64,000 bases of DNA from Botryllus schlosseri (taxonomy: Eukaryota). This document shows, in pieces, positions 36,113 to 51,259 of the stretch (the first letter of the stretch is position 1; the number at the start of each line of letters is the position of its first letter). Location of the stretch: the NCBI GenBank assembly GCA_051294905.1, contig CM119372.1, forward strand, positions 28,646,001-28,710,000, in the 5' to 3' direction. The notes beneath the pieces were generated by a model, which ran no database searches, had not been told where the DNA came from, and saw only the letters and a list, made by a program, of their open reading frames with translations. A program made the translations under genes and the position numbers.

Positions 36113-37227
36113 TGTCATTAGGGTTGAGTACATCGTAAATGCCGATAATGCAAGTCTTCACGCTTCGACGAACTGACGCGTAAGCTCCACCTTCGCTCGC
36201 CGCGCATACATGTGCATAGTAACACACATGCAGTCACTAAAATTTGACGTAGTAAGCAAGTAGTGGGGAATCTCAGAAGACTGGGGCCGCGGGCCATTAT
36301 CATGTAAGACGGAAAACTGTCCGCGGGCCGGACAAAATCCCTTCGCGGGCCGGATCCGGCCCGCGGGCCGTATGTTGCCCGCCCCTGCTGTAACACCATG
36401 TCACGAAAAATGGTTATGTCTGGGACATTATCTTGTCAGCGATCGCGGGATTTGTATAATCTATTTCACGCCTTTTTGAAGTGCAAGTTTGCGAACGCGG
36501 TTATTGTTGGTATTGGAATCGCCGTCTACGCCGGCTCTGTGACCAATTAATTACCAAAATATTACCATGCGAGTGATTCCTAGATTTAGCTAACTATTTC
36601 ACACCTTTTTTGTTGAAAGTACGACATACCGCCGCAGCCTATACCTGAAAGTACGAATCATCGCCGCAGCCATAAGAATAACGATATATTGAAGTCGCAC
36701 TCACCGTAAACGTTAGGATTACCTCGAATCGGTCATATCTAATAATTTGAGATATACACATTGAGTAAGGATCAATCACGTGACTATTTACTTCATAATC
36801 AACATCACATCATGACCGCAACCTATACCCACAACATTAGTTCACTACGACACAAGAATCCGTGGGCACATCATCACCACAGCCTATACCTGAAAGGGTA
36901 CCATCATCACCGCGCCCATAAGAACACATGGCACATCACCACCACAAGGGGGGTCTAAAAGGGTACCATCATCACCCCGAGTTTTCAGGCACATCACCAC
37001 CCCGCCCATAAGAGCCCCTGCCACCTCCAGAGCGATCTACTATACTACTTGCAATAGTCAGCTAACATATGTAAGCTCCAATCTACACTGGTATCTTACC
37101 CTCATCATCTTCAGATATATTGGGGGATGCTTACTCCTTGCCCATCGCTGACCAGGCCAAGGTTTTCCGGGAAATATTTAGATATGGTAGCTTTTTCTAA
37201 TGTCTGCTGTCCGACATAAACATATGG

Positions 37228-38794
37228 CAGGGGTTCTCAACCCGCGGCCCGCAGACGTATATTTTGTGGCCCGCGACATCTTTCATTATAAACGCAATTA
37301 CTAATGTTCATTATAAACGCAATTACTAATGACACGGTATTGTTACAAATTAATTTAGATACTTAGCTCTTTTATCGCACCGTCTCTGTTTCGTTTGATT
37401 ACTCATTCTTGAAGACAGTGGTTCTCAAACTGGGGGCACGCGCCCTCTTTGGTGCGTGAAGCATCTGAAGGGGGCGCGAAGGTGCGGTCAACTGAAAAAA
37501 TTTCGCGCTGCGCGCAATTTATCCCTAATTCACTGTTATTTCTCTGTGTATAGTCCGAATTTCATATTTGAGAATTCTCTGATCAACGGCTATAACCTTC
37601 CATGCCATCAAACTAGCCGTTTGTATTGCTAGCATTCTGGTTGCATTTTGTTATATGACGATAAGGGGGCACGAAATTTTTCCCTATCAAAAAGAGGGGG
37701 GGCGTGACTAAAAAATGTTTGAGAACCACTGCTTCAATGTGCTCTCGTTTCTTGATATATGCTCGACTTCAGATTGTTATTGTTTTGAATCATTATTCGG
37801 CTGGACTTTGGTTCAAGAGAATCCCGCTTCTTAGTAGGCCTTTTAAAGAGTGTTTGACTCACTGCGAACGGTTGTTGAGATTGCCGACGACGTTACAGAC
37901 GCATCGTTTAAAATTGCTTCGAACATCGCTAAACCCAAGAAATCTGATATAGAAGGTGTGATTTCAATAAAATCGTAACATACTTTGCGAATATTTGCTG
38001 TTTCCGGAACTTAGCAGCAAGGACAACATCACCAGACAAATTTCGAAGATGCAATCGTCTGATTCAATCCTGACCAGACGAGTAACATCAATATCAGTCA
38101 ATCTTTTATCGCCTGTTCTGAAACACGTTGCCGCGTAGACTACTTTTACGCAGCCTTGGATGAATCCACCGACATTGTATAACTAATTATCTGGTTGAAT
38201 TTCATCAGAGTGGACATATATGCAGAGAAATACTGGCTGGGCAAACGTGGGGAGGGGACCAGCGAAAAATATCAACTTAACAAAGCTGACTTCTGTAACT
38301 ATTGGTACAGTGCCCTAGGCATGAATGGAAAGGAGAAATGTTGATTGTTTTGCTCAGAAATGCCCCAAACACCAGATTTCTTCTCATATCACTCAGAGCT
38401 CAATGTGATAATGGTCTCTGTAACGCAAAAGTTATAGTAATTTTATACTTGCTCGCCCACGCATTGGAACAGAGAGTTCGGCTCTCTGGTGGAAGGATTT
38501 GAAGTTGCATATACCGACTTGACAACGAATGTAATGCACGCTCCATGAAGGGATTTACATGCACCGCTAGAAGATACATTCTCACAAGCAGCAGCTGCAA
38601 ACTCACGAACGCTGTTCATTATTACTTTACAATGCATAGAAATGTACTAAATGCCGGTATACGACTGGTAAATCGGCTACAATAGCCTAAATTTCATAGT
38701 AGCCCATGAATGCAAGGTAACATAGTTCTGCGGCCCGCAGCGTCTTTTGCTGTTGAAATGCGGCCCGTTATACAAGGAAAGTTGAGAACCCCTG
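37228..38794 (+). mobile_element. Decayed hAT (Charlie/Buster-like) transposon with nested MITE (37416-37731)
   Basis: TIRs CAGGGGTTCTCAAC / GTTGAGAACCCCTG, perfect TSD ACATATGG; transposase relic ALDESTDI encoded at 38153-38176. Confidence 0.8.
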
Positions 38795-39132
38795 ACATAT
38801 GGTATAGTGGCATATGTAAATCGGGGTTAGGCCTACATGTCCATTCCTATTGTCTGACCACTAAGAAAACACAATATTACAAAGCTGACACATATGATCC
38901 AATCCCAATCGTGCTTGTGATATTGCAACAAGTTTCTGTGCCTTTCTCAATGTTTTTGTATTATGTACGAAGACTAAGTGTGCAATTGTGTCTGCACCTA
39001 AGAAGTTGTCATTTTGAAGAATGTCACACTTCAGGATCCTTTTTGAGCTACCAATAGACACTTGCGATTCACTTGAGTTGTAAATCGGAATTCATATCTC
39101 CTCCGCAACCCATGGTAACAGTATCATGCCAA

Positions 39133-42100
39133 CACTCTTAGAAATATTCGTAGATTTACCCAAATTATACCGGTAAATTTGTCCCGTCAGTTATATTAAC
39201 GGTAAATGCCCGTTAAATTAATATACGGGCACGTCAAAAGTAAATTTACTTGTTTTTAGAGGGTAAAAAAATTACAGATTGAATTCGTAGAAGCAATATA
39301 CGGGATAACCAGTATTTCAGATTTACTTTTGGATTTGTAAAAGCAATTTACTGGATAATAAGTATTCCGGATTTACTTTTGCATTCGTAAAAGCGATTTA
39401 CTGGATAATCATTATTTGCAACATTGCTATTGAACTCACAATTCGATCATTTTACACGCTTACGGTCTTATGGACATATATATATATGATTTTCGTAATT
39501 ACATCATGTTTCAATCATCAACCAAATTACGACATCGATGGCTGTGCTGATTGCTAATCGGTGAATGGTATCCGAACATTTGGGCATTGCGGATACCATC
39601 GTTTATATCGCTTTATAAATAGTATCCTTTGAGACATCAAGGTCTAGCAATAGTAGCATGGCAAGCGAATTTGGTATGTTTTGTAGTTTTACTGCAGGTA
39701 TGATATTTTGTGTAATTATCTGTTGGACCAGTTCTGCCACCATTGTAGACTCCTTAACGCATGTATGATGCAAACTATATATCGAAACACTGGAGCTGGT
39801 GTTTAGCCGCCATGCTCCTTTGCCATAGAGACGAGAGTAGTAGACGTCCTTTACCTTTTTCCTGCGAATGGCCTTGTGAATTGTTTGATCATGAATTCGT
39901 AGCTGCTCGAGCGAACAATACATTGTGACGTCGTACATATTCCAGACATAGTGGCGTCAGACGTCAGACATATCTGAGCCTGAGCACGTGCGGTTGAATG
40001 TTCCGAGACAGATATTATATCGACGCGATGTTTTCGTATTGGATAATAACAAGATGCGTTGCTGTAAGCATGGAAAACTGAATGAATTCAGTTTTCCATG
40101 CTGTAAGATATTGAGGGTTTCGAAGCCACAGCTTAACTCTAGCTTTAGAATATTGCAGGTGTTGATAGCAGATATTGTAGGTATAGCAGTATCCGAGCTC
40201 AAATCTGGCAAGTTATTCTCAGTCCTGGTTCTGAAGACGTATGTATTTTCGTTACAGTTTAATGGTGAACAGAAGCTATGGCTTATAAGAATGTATTACA
40301 TTTTCTGACATTGAACTACACGAAAATGGAAGCGTTATGGCATTATGAATCATGACGTCGAATGCTTATGTGATAGAAAGGGATCATTTCGCCTCTCGCT
40401 TCTAGCACGATGCCGTGCGAAATACATTGGACGTGCGATGCAAAGGAGTGTTGCCAGATAAGTTTGCAATCACGCTGGAAAAGATGATTCAGGTACGAAG
40501 TCCTAGGCCAAACTCAACTTGCGTCGCTGGCCAGATTCAAACTTTCAAACCGCTCGCGGGCCGGATCAGTCAAATCATTCCAAAATGTTACGGTACATCA
40601 AAACGCCCGACCTTTCTTTTCGCTTGAATAGTTTATTATCAATCCTGTATACATTTTGGTATATTACATAACATTCACGATCATATCATATGGATATATT
40701 CTAGCAGCACCTTTACTCGCAAACAACGGAAGTTTGGCAAAAATTCAAAGATTGATCGTTTGAATTCAATCGCTTAACCCTAGAACGCATGCACAAAAAA
40801 ACTTACGCTAATGCATAACAGGGGTCATTTTGACCCGTGTTGCTATTACGTGCAATTGTATTACAATGACATTGAAAATTTTTCTTTTTGTTCTTTCCCT
40901 AGATCTTTCAGTGGCGTAATGATGACATGTCTAGAGTTTCAGCTGTATTTTAATGTGAAAACCGACGAAAAACAGTGTAAAGAAGTCGATGATGAAATGA
41001 AATAAAAGTCCAGAACAGTTCATACTGCAAAGAATACTTTGATTCATTCAGTGCATTTGTTGCCTATGATCATGGTCACGCTCTATTCTGAGCACATCGG
41101 TCTGCAACATCTGGAGCAACATTTCGTAACTTTCTTATCCCTTGCGTCTGGACATAAGGAGTGGCTATACCTACATGTAGCGTATTTGGATCTTGATGTT
41201 TTATGATTGCAAGTCAAGCTCCCAGCAGAGAATCACTAAATATTCACAAACAGCAAGTAGCATATTTCGAGCAAGCTTTTGTAACAAAGCAAGTAAAAGT
41301 GTTTGAGATTGTCAAGGTGCATGCGCAATTGCGCATTTGGTGTTGATTTGTTTTTAAGCTGTGACAACGCCATGCATACAGTGGCCCGCAGGTGAAATGC
41401 AATTAATTTCATACAAAGAAGGAAGTGAAAATTGTAATCCATCAAAAAGGTTCAGTGCAGAACCTATGAAAAAGGTTCACAGTGCAGAACTTATCAAGGT
41501 TCGTTTGTGGACGTGAACCTCTAAATTTCGGGGGTTCAAACACAGAATGCGAACGTGAACCTCACCAAAAATCACACCATCCCTAGTAAGGAACACCACT
41601 TCCTATTCTGCAACGTGTTTGTTGATTGTGGGGATGGACTTCGAAAAGCTATGTCATATCTCATCTAGCCTCTCCTGTGGCTCTGTGGTGTTGCATTGTC
41701 TATCTTGTCATCATGTGGAGCAAAATGAGGCAGTTAGCAAGATATCGATCAAACCTCATTGCTTTGAACCTTGTCCACTCATATAATCAAGTCATACTTG
41801 TCTGAATATGGTAAATGCATTTAGAGCTGCGATGTTGAGCAGATTGTAAAAGAGAACTACAGGCCATCGACAAGATTTTCGTTTGCAAGTATATGTTTGA
41901 ACCATTTGGTCAATCAAGTCAACACAAATCTTTGTCTGTTTATAAAATCTGATGATCTCAGGCCTCTTTTTCGGGTCCATTTCTATTTCAATTTGCTGCG
42001 GGTCAAAATGACCCCTGTTATGCATTCTCGGGGTACTCAATGAAATATGCATTTTTCTTGTCAAAGGTAAAATTTTTCAGAACAAATTTTTTCTCATCAT

Positions 42101-43534
42101 GTATAAGTATAAAAGACTAACAAAGTCCAGAAATTTCAGGATTCAATTCGCAATATGTGTTTAGCGGTTACAATGAATAACACCGTCTGGGTCATTTTGA
42201 CCCCTGTTATGCATTCTAGGGTTAAACACTGACTCTAACCACGGAATATGCTGACATATTTGTATGCTCCCTTTGTTTTAATCGTAAACTGCCGTTAACT
42301 CATCGTATGCGCTTTGAGGAACACAAGTGATTTAATTGTAAACCAGACGTTAGAATTTGGCTCATTATTAATCGTCATTCGGGTTTCTCTGTCTGTCTGG
42401 GGCCTTTGAGTAGAAGTGATACAGCAGTGCGACCAAATATATTTGAATTGTATTTTTTATAACTATTATATTCTCCATGCGTCCTGCATATAACAGTTTT
42501 TTTTTCACTTCACGAATAACTACTTTTTGGCTCATTTCTTCATAAAAATATGAACTCAGTGTGCACTTCTTGGAGTTTTTGGAATTGGATGTCAGTATCA
42601 CCAACTTGTTCCTGATGACGACTAGAGTAAAACCATAACACCACTGTCGGATAATTATAGTACGGTCTAAGATCTTGACATTTGTGGCCTTGCGGGAAGC
42701 ATTTCTTACAATAATATCTCAACATTTGATAGAAAATGTGCTGGGTAATACAGGGGTTTTTCAAACTACTCAGAATTGCTTCGCAGGTCGCATGCGGCCT
42801 GCTGGCCTTATGTTCGACATCGCTATCCTAGGCCATCATTATTTGAGAAATTGACAAGAATATGAAAAGTCGCAGTATGTCATACTATAGCGTCTCAAAG
42901 TTTCCAAATTGTAACGGTGTTGATGACAGCATAATCTTTGTTAAGATTATAGAAGAACCTACAAAAGAGCATGGCCCAAAGTACAGTCCTTCAACTGCTG
43001 CTGAAGTTTTGATGAAGCCCTCTTCATTCAGGCAGTTGCTGACCGATGATCTCCACAAGAAAGACTGGATTTCCGTCATTATCCACACTTACTTTTTTTT
43101 TACGTGTTCCCGCACCAAATAAACCTGATTCAAATTTACTGGTCTCAGGAACGTAAAACTGCTGCAAGGGACCAGACGAGTATATTGATATTACAGCAGA
43201 TTTCTGTTACCTTAGGTTACGGAAATGTTCCGTAAAATTTCCTACGGTCAGCATATGTAAAATCATATTACGGGGAGAGTTATTTCGAATTTACTGGTCC
43301 CATCAGCGTAAAATTGCTGCACTGGACTAGACCAGTAACTTGGTATTACAGCCGTTTTCCGTTACATCAAGTAACGGGAGTATTCCGTAAAAATTTTAAC
43401 AGTCAGTATTTGTAAAAATAAATTACGGTCAATAATATTTACGGGAAAATATTTTTCAAATTTACTGGTCTCAGAGTCGTAAAACTGCTGCCAGGACCAG
43501 ACCAGTAATTTGGCATAGAATATTTTTAACAGTG
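39133..43534. mobile_element. Decayed CACT-ended (CMC/EnSpm-like) DNA transposon
   Basis: TIR CACTCTTAGAAATATTC / GAATATTTTTAACAGTG, AA on both flanks (possible 2-bp TSD), long subterminal TTTACTGG/TTACGG/CGTAAAA repeats at 39140-39420 and 43130-43510. Confidence 0.6.
40778..42221 (-). mobile_element. Internally deleted piggyBac element
   Basis: TTAA|CCCTAGAA...TTCTAGGG|TTAA; repeated ATGCATAACAGGGGTCA motif; minus-strand transposase relics KKRPEIIRFYKQTKICVDLIDQMVQTYTCKRKSCRWPVVLFYNLLNIAALNAF (~41795-41975) and Cys-rich CPDARDKKVTKCCSRCCRPMCSE (~41087-41155). Confidence 0.9.
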
Positions 43535-43991
43535 AATGCCAGTATCATGGCAATGCACAAATTTACCGAAGGTAGCCCTACGATCGTTTCTCATGATTGA
43601 AAGTGAGATATCTTCGCTCTCTTGCCAAGTAATCTTTCCTCAATTCGCAAAGATGCTAAAAGTTCCGAATATTTCTCTTTCAAGTCCCAATACCTATGTC
43701 AGATCATTTACCTTATGTTGACTACTCTACGTTCTGAATCATCTTCGATTTCAAAATCTTCATCATTAGGCCTGCCATCTCTAAGATCTTCATCTTGATC
43801 CAAATTATCGAGCTTGTAGGAGTTTCAAGTTACCCTGGATAATCTGAATAGGGCATTGGAACTATAGTTGATAGTAAATGCAATGTTTATTTTTCCAGCC
43901 AGATCCTGCAGTTTGCATTAAATAAGTGTCTGAAATATACTCGGATGATTGCATCCTGTAACCAAAAATGGGTGAAAGCATCGGCCTATAT

Positions 43992-46623
43992 CAGTGGTTC
44001 TCGACTGGTGGTCGAAGCACTTTCGGGGGTCTGCGATGCCTCTAAATCATCAGAATAGTTGATAACCTGAATATGTATTTTTTAAACCAGGAAAATCGCG
44101 AGGTACTTCCGCTTCATTGCTATAGTAAATCTCCAGCACTAACATCAACAGAATGGCCATCTGAGTTGAAATATCCTACTGTTCAGACACATTTTAATTC
44201 CTCTTACCAATAGCCTAATAATATATCTATTGTGCAATTTCGCGATATTTTGTTGGGGATTGTGGAAAAAATAAAAAGTTGGATTAGTATGGTCAATCAC
44301 GGTGACTTCGAAATGTTTACATTCGCCGACTTTTATTTTTGCATGGGGTGGCGGCATGCACGTAGCCAGGGAGGTGTCGAAACCCCCTCCTTTTGAAACG
44401 CAAAACCCCGTCCTTTTGAAATTACCATTCTGATGCTAATATTAAGTTACAATTCAATATGTCGTATTATCAGTGTTACGCGCGGCCCCCATCAATTAGC
44501 GAGATTCGTCTGTGCTCGCGACGCAATCTCCCGCTGAGATCATTGCGAAATTAGGTTATTGATTGTCGAGCGCTCGGCATTCATCGCTGGACTAAGCAGT
44601 AACATAGTGCAACAATTCTGGAACACGAAAGACAAACAAGAAGTATGAATACAAACGCGTGCTGCCAATCAGTATTTATCCCTTGCCAACAGCACAATGG
44701 GTTTTTACTTAGTATTGAGTAGCTCGCATTGCGACAATTGGTTGCTGATTGAAACATCGATTTTGACTGCATTGCTGCATTTCCCGATTTACGTTCGCAA
44801 ATCATAATTGGATTAATATTATGGGCACTTGAATAAAATATTTTCAACGCGGCTTGCGGCCCTGATCGATGCCAATATCGCACTTTAATTTGTAGACGGT
44901 GAAAGTATATTTGATCGCCAAATCGCGATAGGTGTTTCTCAGAGCGCGCGATGAAATTTTAAGTTTCTAGCAATGATGTCGAAAATTTACATCTTATAAC
45001 GATCGTTAGTTTGCGGAAATCAGTATCAGTACGCTGTGCGAAATAAATAGTAGTGAACAATTTTATCGGACTGTACAATCGGCCGGCAAGGTTGCGCTGA
45101 TACCGAAATTGCAGACATGCCGCAAATCCGTAATGAGTACAATTGCAGGGTGCGCGAGTCATACCTAAATACCCAGATTCGGTGATGGTAACGAGCACAA
45201 TTTGTTTCGACGCGGGCATAAGTTTTAATCAAAAAGATACACAAACTCAAACAATATTACACTCAGAGATTGTTACTGTTTGGCGAAAGCGTTTCTGCGG
45301 ACGGTAGCAGGCCTGGGTGCGGGCGCGCTAAATCAAATCACCGACGATAGTTTACATGAGATATCGACGACCTATTTCGCATACAAATGATTCTCGCTAA
45401 TTTGCAGTACGCAGCATAGATAATACGAATTGTGAATTGACATTTCAAAAGGACGGGATTTTTAGTTTTAAATGAGAAGCTCACTGGCTATGGCTACGCA
45501 CGTAGTGCTTTCATACCGACAATGCCCTAGTTAATATCAGCCCGGGCCCTACGGCCTACGTAGGTCCCGATCAGCCAGTCGAATTTGATAGTGAAATGGT
45601 GTGATTTTAATTATCAAGGTGTTATTGCAGCAAGAGCAATATGGGCGCATGCCGCAACCTTATTAATGGTAATGCTAATCCCGATGGTTTGAGATTCGAT
45701 CCGCGTTATGGTTGCGCCCGATAGAGTCCGTCCAGCAATGAAGTTTGTTGGAACATAGAAGTTAGGTTCCCGCTCAAAGTAATGGAATAAATTCAGAATT
45801 TGCGCCACAGAGAATCTCTTGCTGCATCAATATTTGACAACGTAATTTAACGCCATGTACTGCACGAAGCGCAGTATTAATAAAAAATCAAACACTGACA
45901 ATTGATATCGAGGGAATAGGAATGTATAAATCAGACAAGAATTAGTTGCCTACAGATGATAGCAATCGAGAAAGCGCTCATCTAATTAATAATTACTCAA
46001 CTTGCGTACAGCACAATGAGATTCCGAGTCTGACATCGCGACAATTGTTTGCTCATTATAACGGCGTTTGAGCTGCATTGCTGCATTTCCCGATAAAAGT
46101 TAGCAAAGCCTTGTTAGAGTAATGAATATGCGCACTTTGCGCAGGAATGACTTTCTCTTCGCAGGCATGCACCGCACAAACATACTTTCCTATTTCGCGA
46201 TCGCGCTCCAATTAAAAAGACTATCACGAAACTAACTCAAGAATTATTTTGTAAACCAATATGCGCATAAATACAACTTAATTTAGAGAAGTAGAACATG
46301 AATTCGTTTGTCTGGTCAAGAGAGGAGATGGTGTTTCTCAGCGCAAGCGTGTCGAAATCGACGCCGTCAACGAGGTCGCTTCGATTGTATGATTAGTGAT
46401 TACTAATCACGGATTACACTTTATTGGGGCGTTTTAAGCAAGTATTCAATTATTCACGCGCGTTTATATCGGTTAATGGTAAATAGTTGGCATTAACGCG
46501 TTAACACGGACTCGCTAATTGACAGCGCAGACGGCGGGCGTTTAAGCATTTTGCATAGGGTGGCCGCGGCGTCCGTGACGGCCCAAAAGGGGTCCGCGAA
46601 GACATAAAGGTTGAGAACCACTG
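43992..46623. mobile_element. Composite/decayed CAGTGGTTCTC-family MITE with internal insertions
   Basis: 43992-44320 is homologous to 1713-2045 and 46560-46623 to that family's 3' end; no matching TSD. Confidence 0.5.
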
Positions 46624-46638
46624 ATCTAAACTCTAAAC

Positions 46639-47746
46639 CAGTGGTTTTTAACCTTTTTTCCTCCAGCGCTCCTTTTCAAATATTGTTAAAGTCAGGCGCA
46701 CCTCATATATTTTAAGGACTGTATACAGTAAAAAACAATGGGTAAGAGGTCTAAGTCCGGTCGGTATTTTCGGGTTGGGACATTTAGGAGTATTTCGAGC
46801 TTGAATCGCGCGCGAGGACCCTCGATCAATTACCGATACAATAATTGTATATGCTATACTCGGGATCGTATCAAGGCTGTTACAACAACCATCCGGTAGC
46901 CTACGGTCTCATCTACCATCTGGTTCGATTCCGATGTATACACCCTGAAATCACATCTGCCATTGGCAACTCGGGAAAGTTAAAAGGTTTCATTTTATTG
47001 CTTTGTGTGACCCAAGTAAATCCAGTGTGAATGTGGTAGAGATCTTTGCTTGCTCATATTGTATTTGGTACTGCATCCATAGTTATTGACTTGGATAAAG
47101 CAATCCATATTATATATATAACATTCATGTGAGGTTGTGGGTCACGACACTAAACGGTATCATTATTTATGATACGATGAAGAAATATTCTGAAGCTTTA
47201 ATTTTGTAGCTTTCAAATGAAAATAAATTTAGGTAATCATTTTGTCCATAAAGCTCCAAGGCATCTTTAGTGTACAAAGCGCTCTCACTCTTCAAAGTGT
47301 TACAGTGCCTCTTTCTTCGATTCCGACACGCTCTGCGATGCGGGATATAGGCTACTACCTAGTTAAAAACATTTTGTGGAAAATGGCCCAAGCTAGCGTG
47401 ACGGGAGTATTTAAACGGCCAATAGGTGATCTAAAAGTACGCGCAATAATTTCATACGAACTATAATTTTGAACCATATATTCACGGAATCATGTTGCAA
47501 ACATCGTCGGCAAATATTCCGCGTGTAGTGCGGCGAAGAATTCGGGATTCGACAGATTTTGTTGAATTTTAATTAGCAATGAGAGCTCGGGAATATATAG
47601 AACTGTTGATTAACTGTATAATCATAAGTCCCTACTGCACCCTGTACCGGGACGCCATTTTTATTCAGCGCCCCCCATACCGCCCACCTGAGCGTCTCCA
47701 CCTCTTCAAAATCCAAATCGCCCATTGGGGGGCGCTGACGACACTG
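46639..47746. mobile_element. hAT-type non-autonomous element
   Basis: CAGTGGTTTTTAACC...GACACTG with TSD CTCTAAAC / CTCTAAAT; internal ~46990-47580 is homologous to ~1055-1640. Confidence 0.6.
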
Positions 47747-49173
47747 CTCTAAATCATCATCGTCTTCTGCCTACCTGCACCAGATTCATCAAATTCAATT
47801 TGGTTCGCGGGCCAGATTTAAACTTTTGATCGCTCGCCGTCCGGACCAGTCAAATTGTGCCAAAATAATAGTTCCGAATCCATAACTGTATTTTTCAGTG
47901 GAATGCTTTATTTTCAAGTCGGTACATGATATATATTATTGGGGATCAGTGGGTCTCTATTCGACCAACACCTTAATTTGCAATAAATGGAACCGGAAAA
48001 ATACAATTATTGGGCGATTGAATACAGTTTTAAACCAGTAAAACAGTCGTGGTAACAGGTGGGTCACGACTGCATAAGTTAGCGTATTTTTATGCTCCAT
48101 TTGTGTTACACGTGCTGCGGCGTTGACTTTGCGTATCCGTTGTTAGTCATACAAGAGATTTAACTGTCTATACGGACTCTTCGAATTATTATCAAATCAC
48201 CATTCGGGTTTCCACGGATACGATTTTTAGTCCCAGAATAAAAAGGGTTTTAAACGTCTATACTGAACTGACTGCTCGGTTCGTATATTGTCTTGAATGT
48301 GGACACACTCCAGTATAATACGAGATTATTCTACTGAAAAAATCAATTGTCAGTATAATTTCTTTCGGCCATTTGCATATTGTAGGATTATTTTCAACAT
48401 TAAAAACTCGCGTCATCCATAGGATTGAAAATTTTGTAAACTGAAAAATTCGAGTGGTATTAATAAATGCAGGTTACCACGAAAGCTTAACATTGAACTC
48501 GTCCCATGTGAGCTTGAGCATATACTGCTATTGTTGACGTTAACAATTTATAAAATAGTGGTGCATGTCATGTTCAGCATAGCAACATTGCAGATACGAA
48601 TGTCGCAATGCCAATTAAAGGGGCATTGTGTTCTAAATATGATGTGGTCTCAAACTGAAGATGTGAAAAAGATTTAATCAGCAGTCATTTTCCTCAGAAA
48701 CTCGCCGTATTCGAAAGGCGTCATTTTAATCTTGCTATCTCTGTGGTAATGACACGGTCTCTGCGCACAGAAAATCGAAGTTGCGCACGAAAACATCCGA
48801 AGTGATTACCTTTTTTAGTCCTTGCGCACTGTTGTCCAAGGGTCTGCGCAGTGAGTTGGTGAGTGTGCGCAGACTGTTCAAAAATTAGAGGAAATATTGC
48901 TCTGTGGTATCGAGGTCACCCGTCATGCTTCTCAACCATTTGCGAAATTTCTCGCATGCGTTTCTTCGTTTTTGCACTTACTCGGCGCGATCAAGGCAGA
49001 GAAGGCATTTTATATAGTTTCCTGCCGATATTATGAAGGCACTATGTCTTACGCACCGCGGCGGTTTAGTTATGGTAAGTAGCCGCATAGTAGGCTCTCA
49101 GCGGCCCGCAAACTTGGCATGGCGGGACATTGCAAGGGCACCGCGAGGATACGTGAAAGTTGCTGAATATTTC

Positions 49174-50420
49174 CAGAAGTTGTCAGTAACGAAGTACTTC
49201 TACTTTTTCGAAGTACTCAAGTAGTTTCCCTTTACTTTTTGTACTTACTGAAGTAGATATAATTTTTCGCTAATACTACGTCGTCATATTCTGTGATTTA
49301 CTTACTTACTTTTCGCTATTTACAGTTTGGGAAGAAGAAGTCTTTAGTGTGAGAGAGAAAGACTGAGACGGTGATATTTAGAGTCTGTTTTCTCTGAGTA
49401 CCAACAATAATTTAATTATCAAAAATTTTTCGGAAAGTTCAGAATCTTCGTCGTGCTTCCCGCGAAATAGATATGGATTGACAAGTAAGTTTTCACGGAA
49501 GTATCTGCCAATATAATTTGGGTAGATGGTTGCGTGGTTCCTTTCATTCCGTTTTTCCGCCCCTATGACATGTTTCATCACAGTCAATATCGCTCAGAAA
49601 AAAATGTTTGGACCTATCGTCTCCAACTATCTTATCATAATCTAGCATTCTAGCCGCACAGGGTGTTTTCGAATATGGAAAAAGTGGTACTTTTACCTTT
49701 TAAGCGTTCGACCGTTTAGCGTCAACCACCGGTGAAACTGTTTGGATAAAATACATGAAATATATTCCCTCTTTTTCAAAATCATAGTTGTGCTTCTCTG
49801 GATAGACGGTACATAGAGATCTTATAAATATTCTGAGTTCTTTTGTCCGGAGCACTTGCACATGGAAGTTCATAGCTAAGAGCATAGTTGCAGTTTTTCT
49901 CCATAAGTAAAATAAATGCAAATGGCTTATTTACGATCTACCATATTTTGTTTAGCATACAATAATCGCGCAAATCGTTAGTACGATGTCTGATACAACT
50001 CCGTAACGCCCTTCGCTTCAACTACGGCCCATATATTACGGTGGATGGCACCATTCCATGACCTTCTCTGAAATGGGACCAAGGGTATAAATAATATTTA
50101 GGACCACTGTTCCAACGCAATACTATTATTTGCAACCCATGATGCGGTCTAATTCTTATGTGTGGAAACTTTGTAACTCTTGGTATGTAGCAGCTCGAAT
50201 ACAGGTCTCTGCACTGTCCACAGGGTCCAGATTGCAGCTTTTGACAGCCCATGAGAGAGAGAGAGAAATTGTATTTATAACGGCTTCCCACAACTACTTA
50301 CGTACTTACTTACTTGGGTAGATTCTAGCGTCGGTACTTCTACTTGTACTTGAGTAAATTTTAGCGTCACTACTTCTACGTCTACTTGAGTAGCTTTCTT
50401 GACTACTTTGATCACCTCTG
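49174..50420. mobile_element. hAT-like element with TACTT/GAGTA subterminal repeats
   Basis: CAGAAGTTGTCA / TGATCACCTCTG ends, degenerate 8-bp flanks (AATATTTC / CATATTCC); related end at ~63620-63691. Confidence 0.5.
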
Positions 50421-51015
50421 CATATTCCACGGCTCTCCTCTCTGACGTATTATGCGAAGTAATAGAAACAACAAAAATGTCACAATAGAAGGTTTACTAG
50501 GACCATATGTGACGATTAAACCAATAACAGGAAAAATCATGAGCACATTGTCGCACTTTGCACTTCGCAGAATTTGATGTTAACAACTGTATTGATGGGC
50601 ATCCATTTTTGGAAGTACTAAATTAAGAAATCTTTCTGCAAAGAAAAATAGCTCATTGATTTATAAAATTACTTGTTTATTAATACACTTTATGGGTTTT
50701 TGATGTCTGCTTCCAAATCATATTCCATGATCGGTGCAAAAGCAATCAAAGTTGCTGTAACCGTCAGACTCCAGAGGCATAATGATTCCGTAATTTCCGG
50801 TTGGTAGGTCATGCGCACAATAGTGTGAGGTAAAATGAGGGCTATTATGCTGCTCTAATTAGAACTTGGCTGCTGTATATAATTCTGCATGCTTGTATTG
50901 CAATATACCGGTCAAATCTGCAAGTCTCTCGATTCAGTTGACCCGGTTTTGAGCTTTGGACGAGGAAGACAGCTTGAAATTGAAAACGAAATGCGAGGAT
51001 GCCTGTCAACGATGT

Positions 51016-51259
51016 TTGTTTGTTTTGTGGTACTCATGGTGTTTATCGACTACTATGGTCATTTACACCAGGCCGAGATTATTCATTATTTTCCGTAACT
51101 GCCGACTTATAGCACGGCCCACCTCTAGGCTTTTGTAAGACACCGCTTATACGCGGATGAAGTGGCGAGGAGGAGCCTAGGTAAACCTCCAACACTTAGA
51201 ACCCGCACCCATTGGTGTTGCAGCCGCGGATTATACCACTGCGCTATCTCGCCACTAAT
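51016..51259 (-). mobile_element. tRNA-derived SINE with deletion across the B box
   Basis: 12-bp TSD TGTCAACGATGT (51004-51015, 51260-51271); A box present; ~30 bp from within the B box onward missing relative to other copies. Confidence 0.9.

Noticed and set aside
49378..50291. Short minus-strand ORFs as exons of a host gene
   Set aside because: No recognisable domain or consistent splice pattern by eye; they lie within a putative non-autonomous element.
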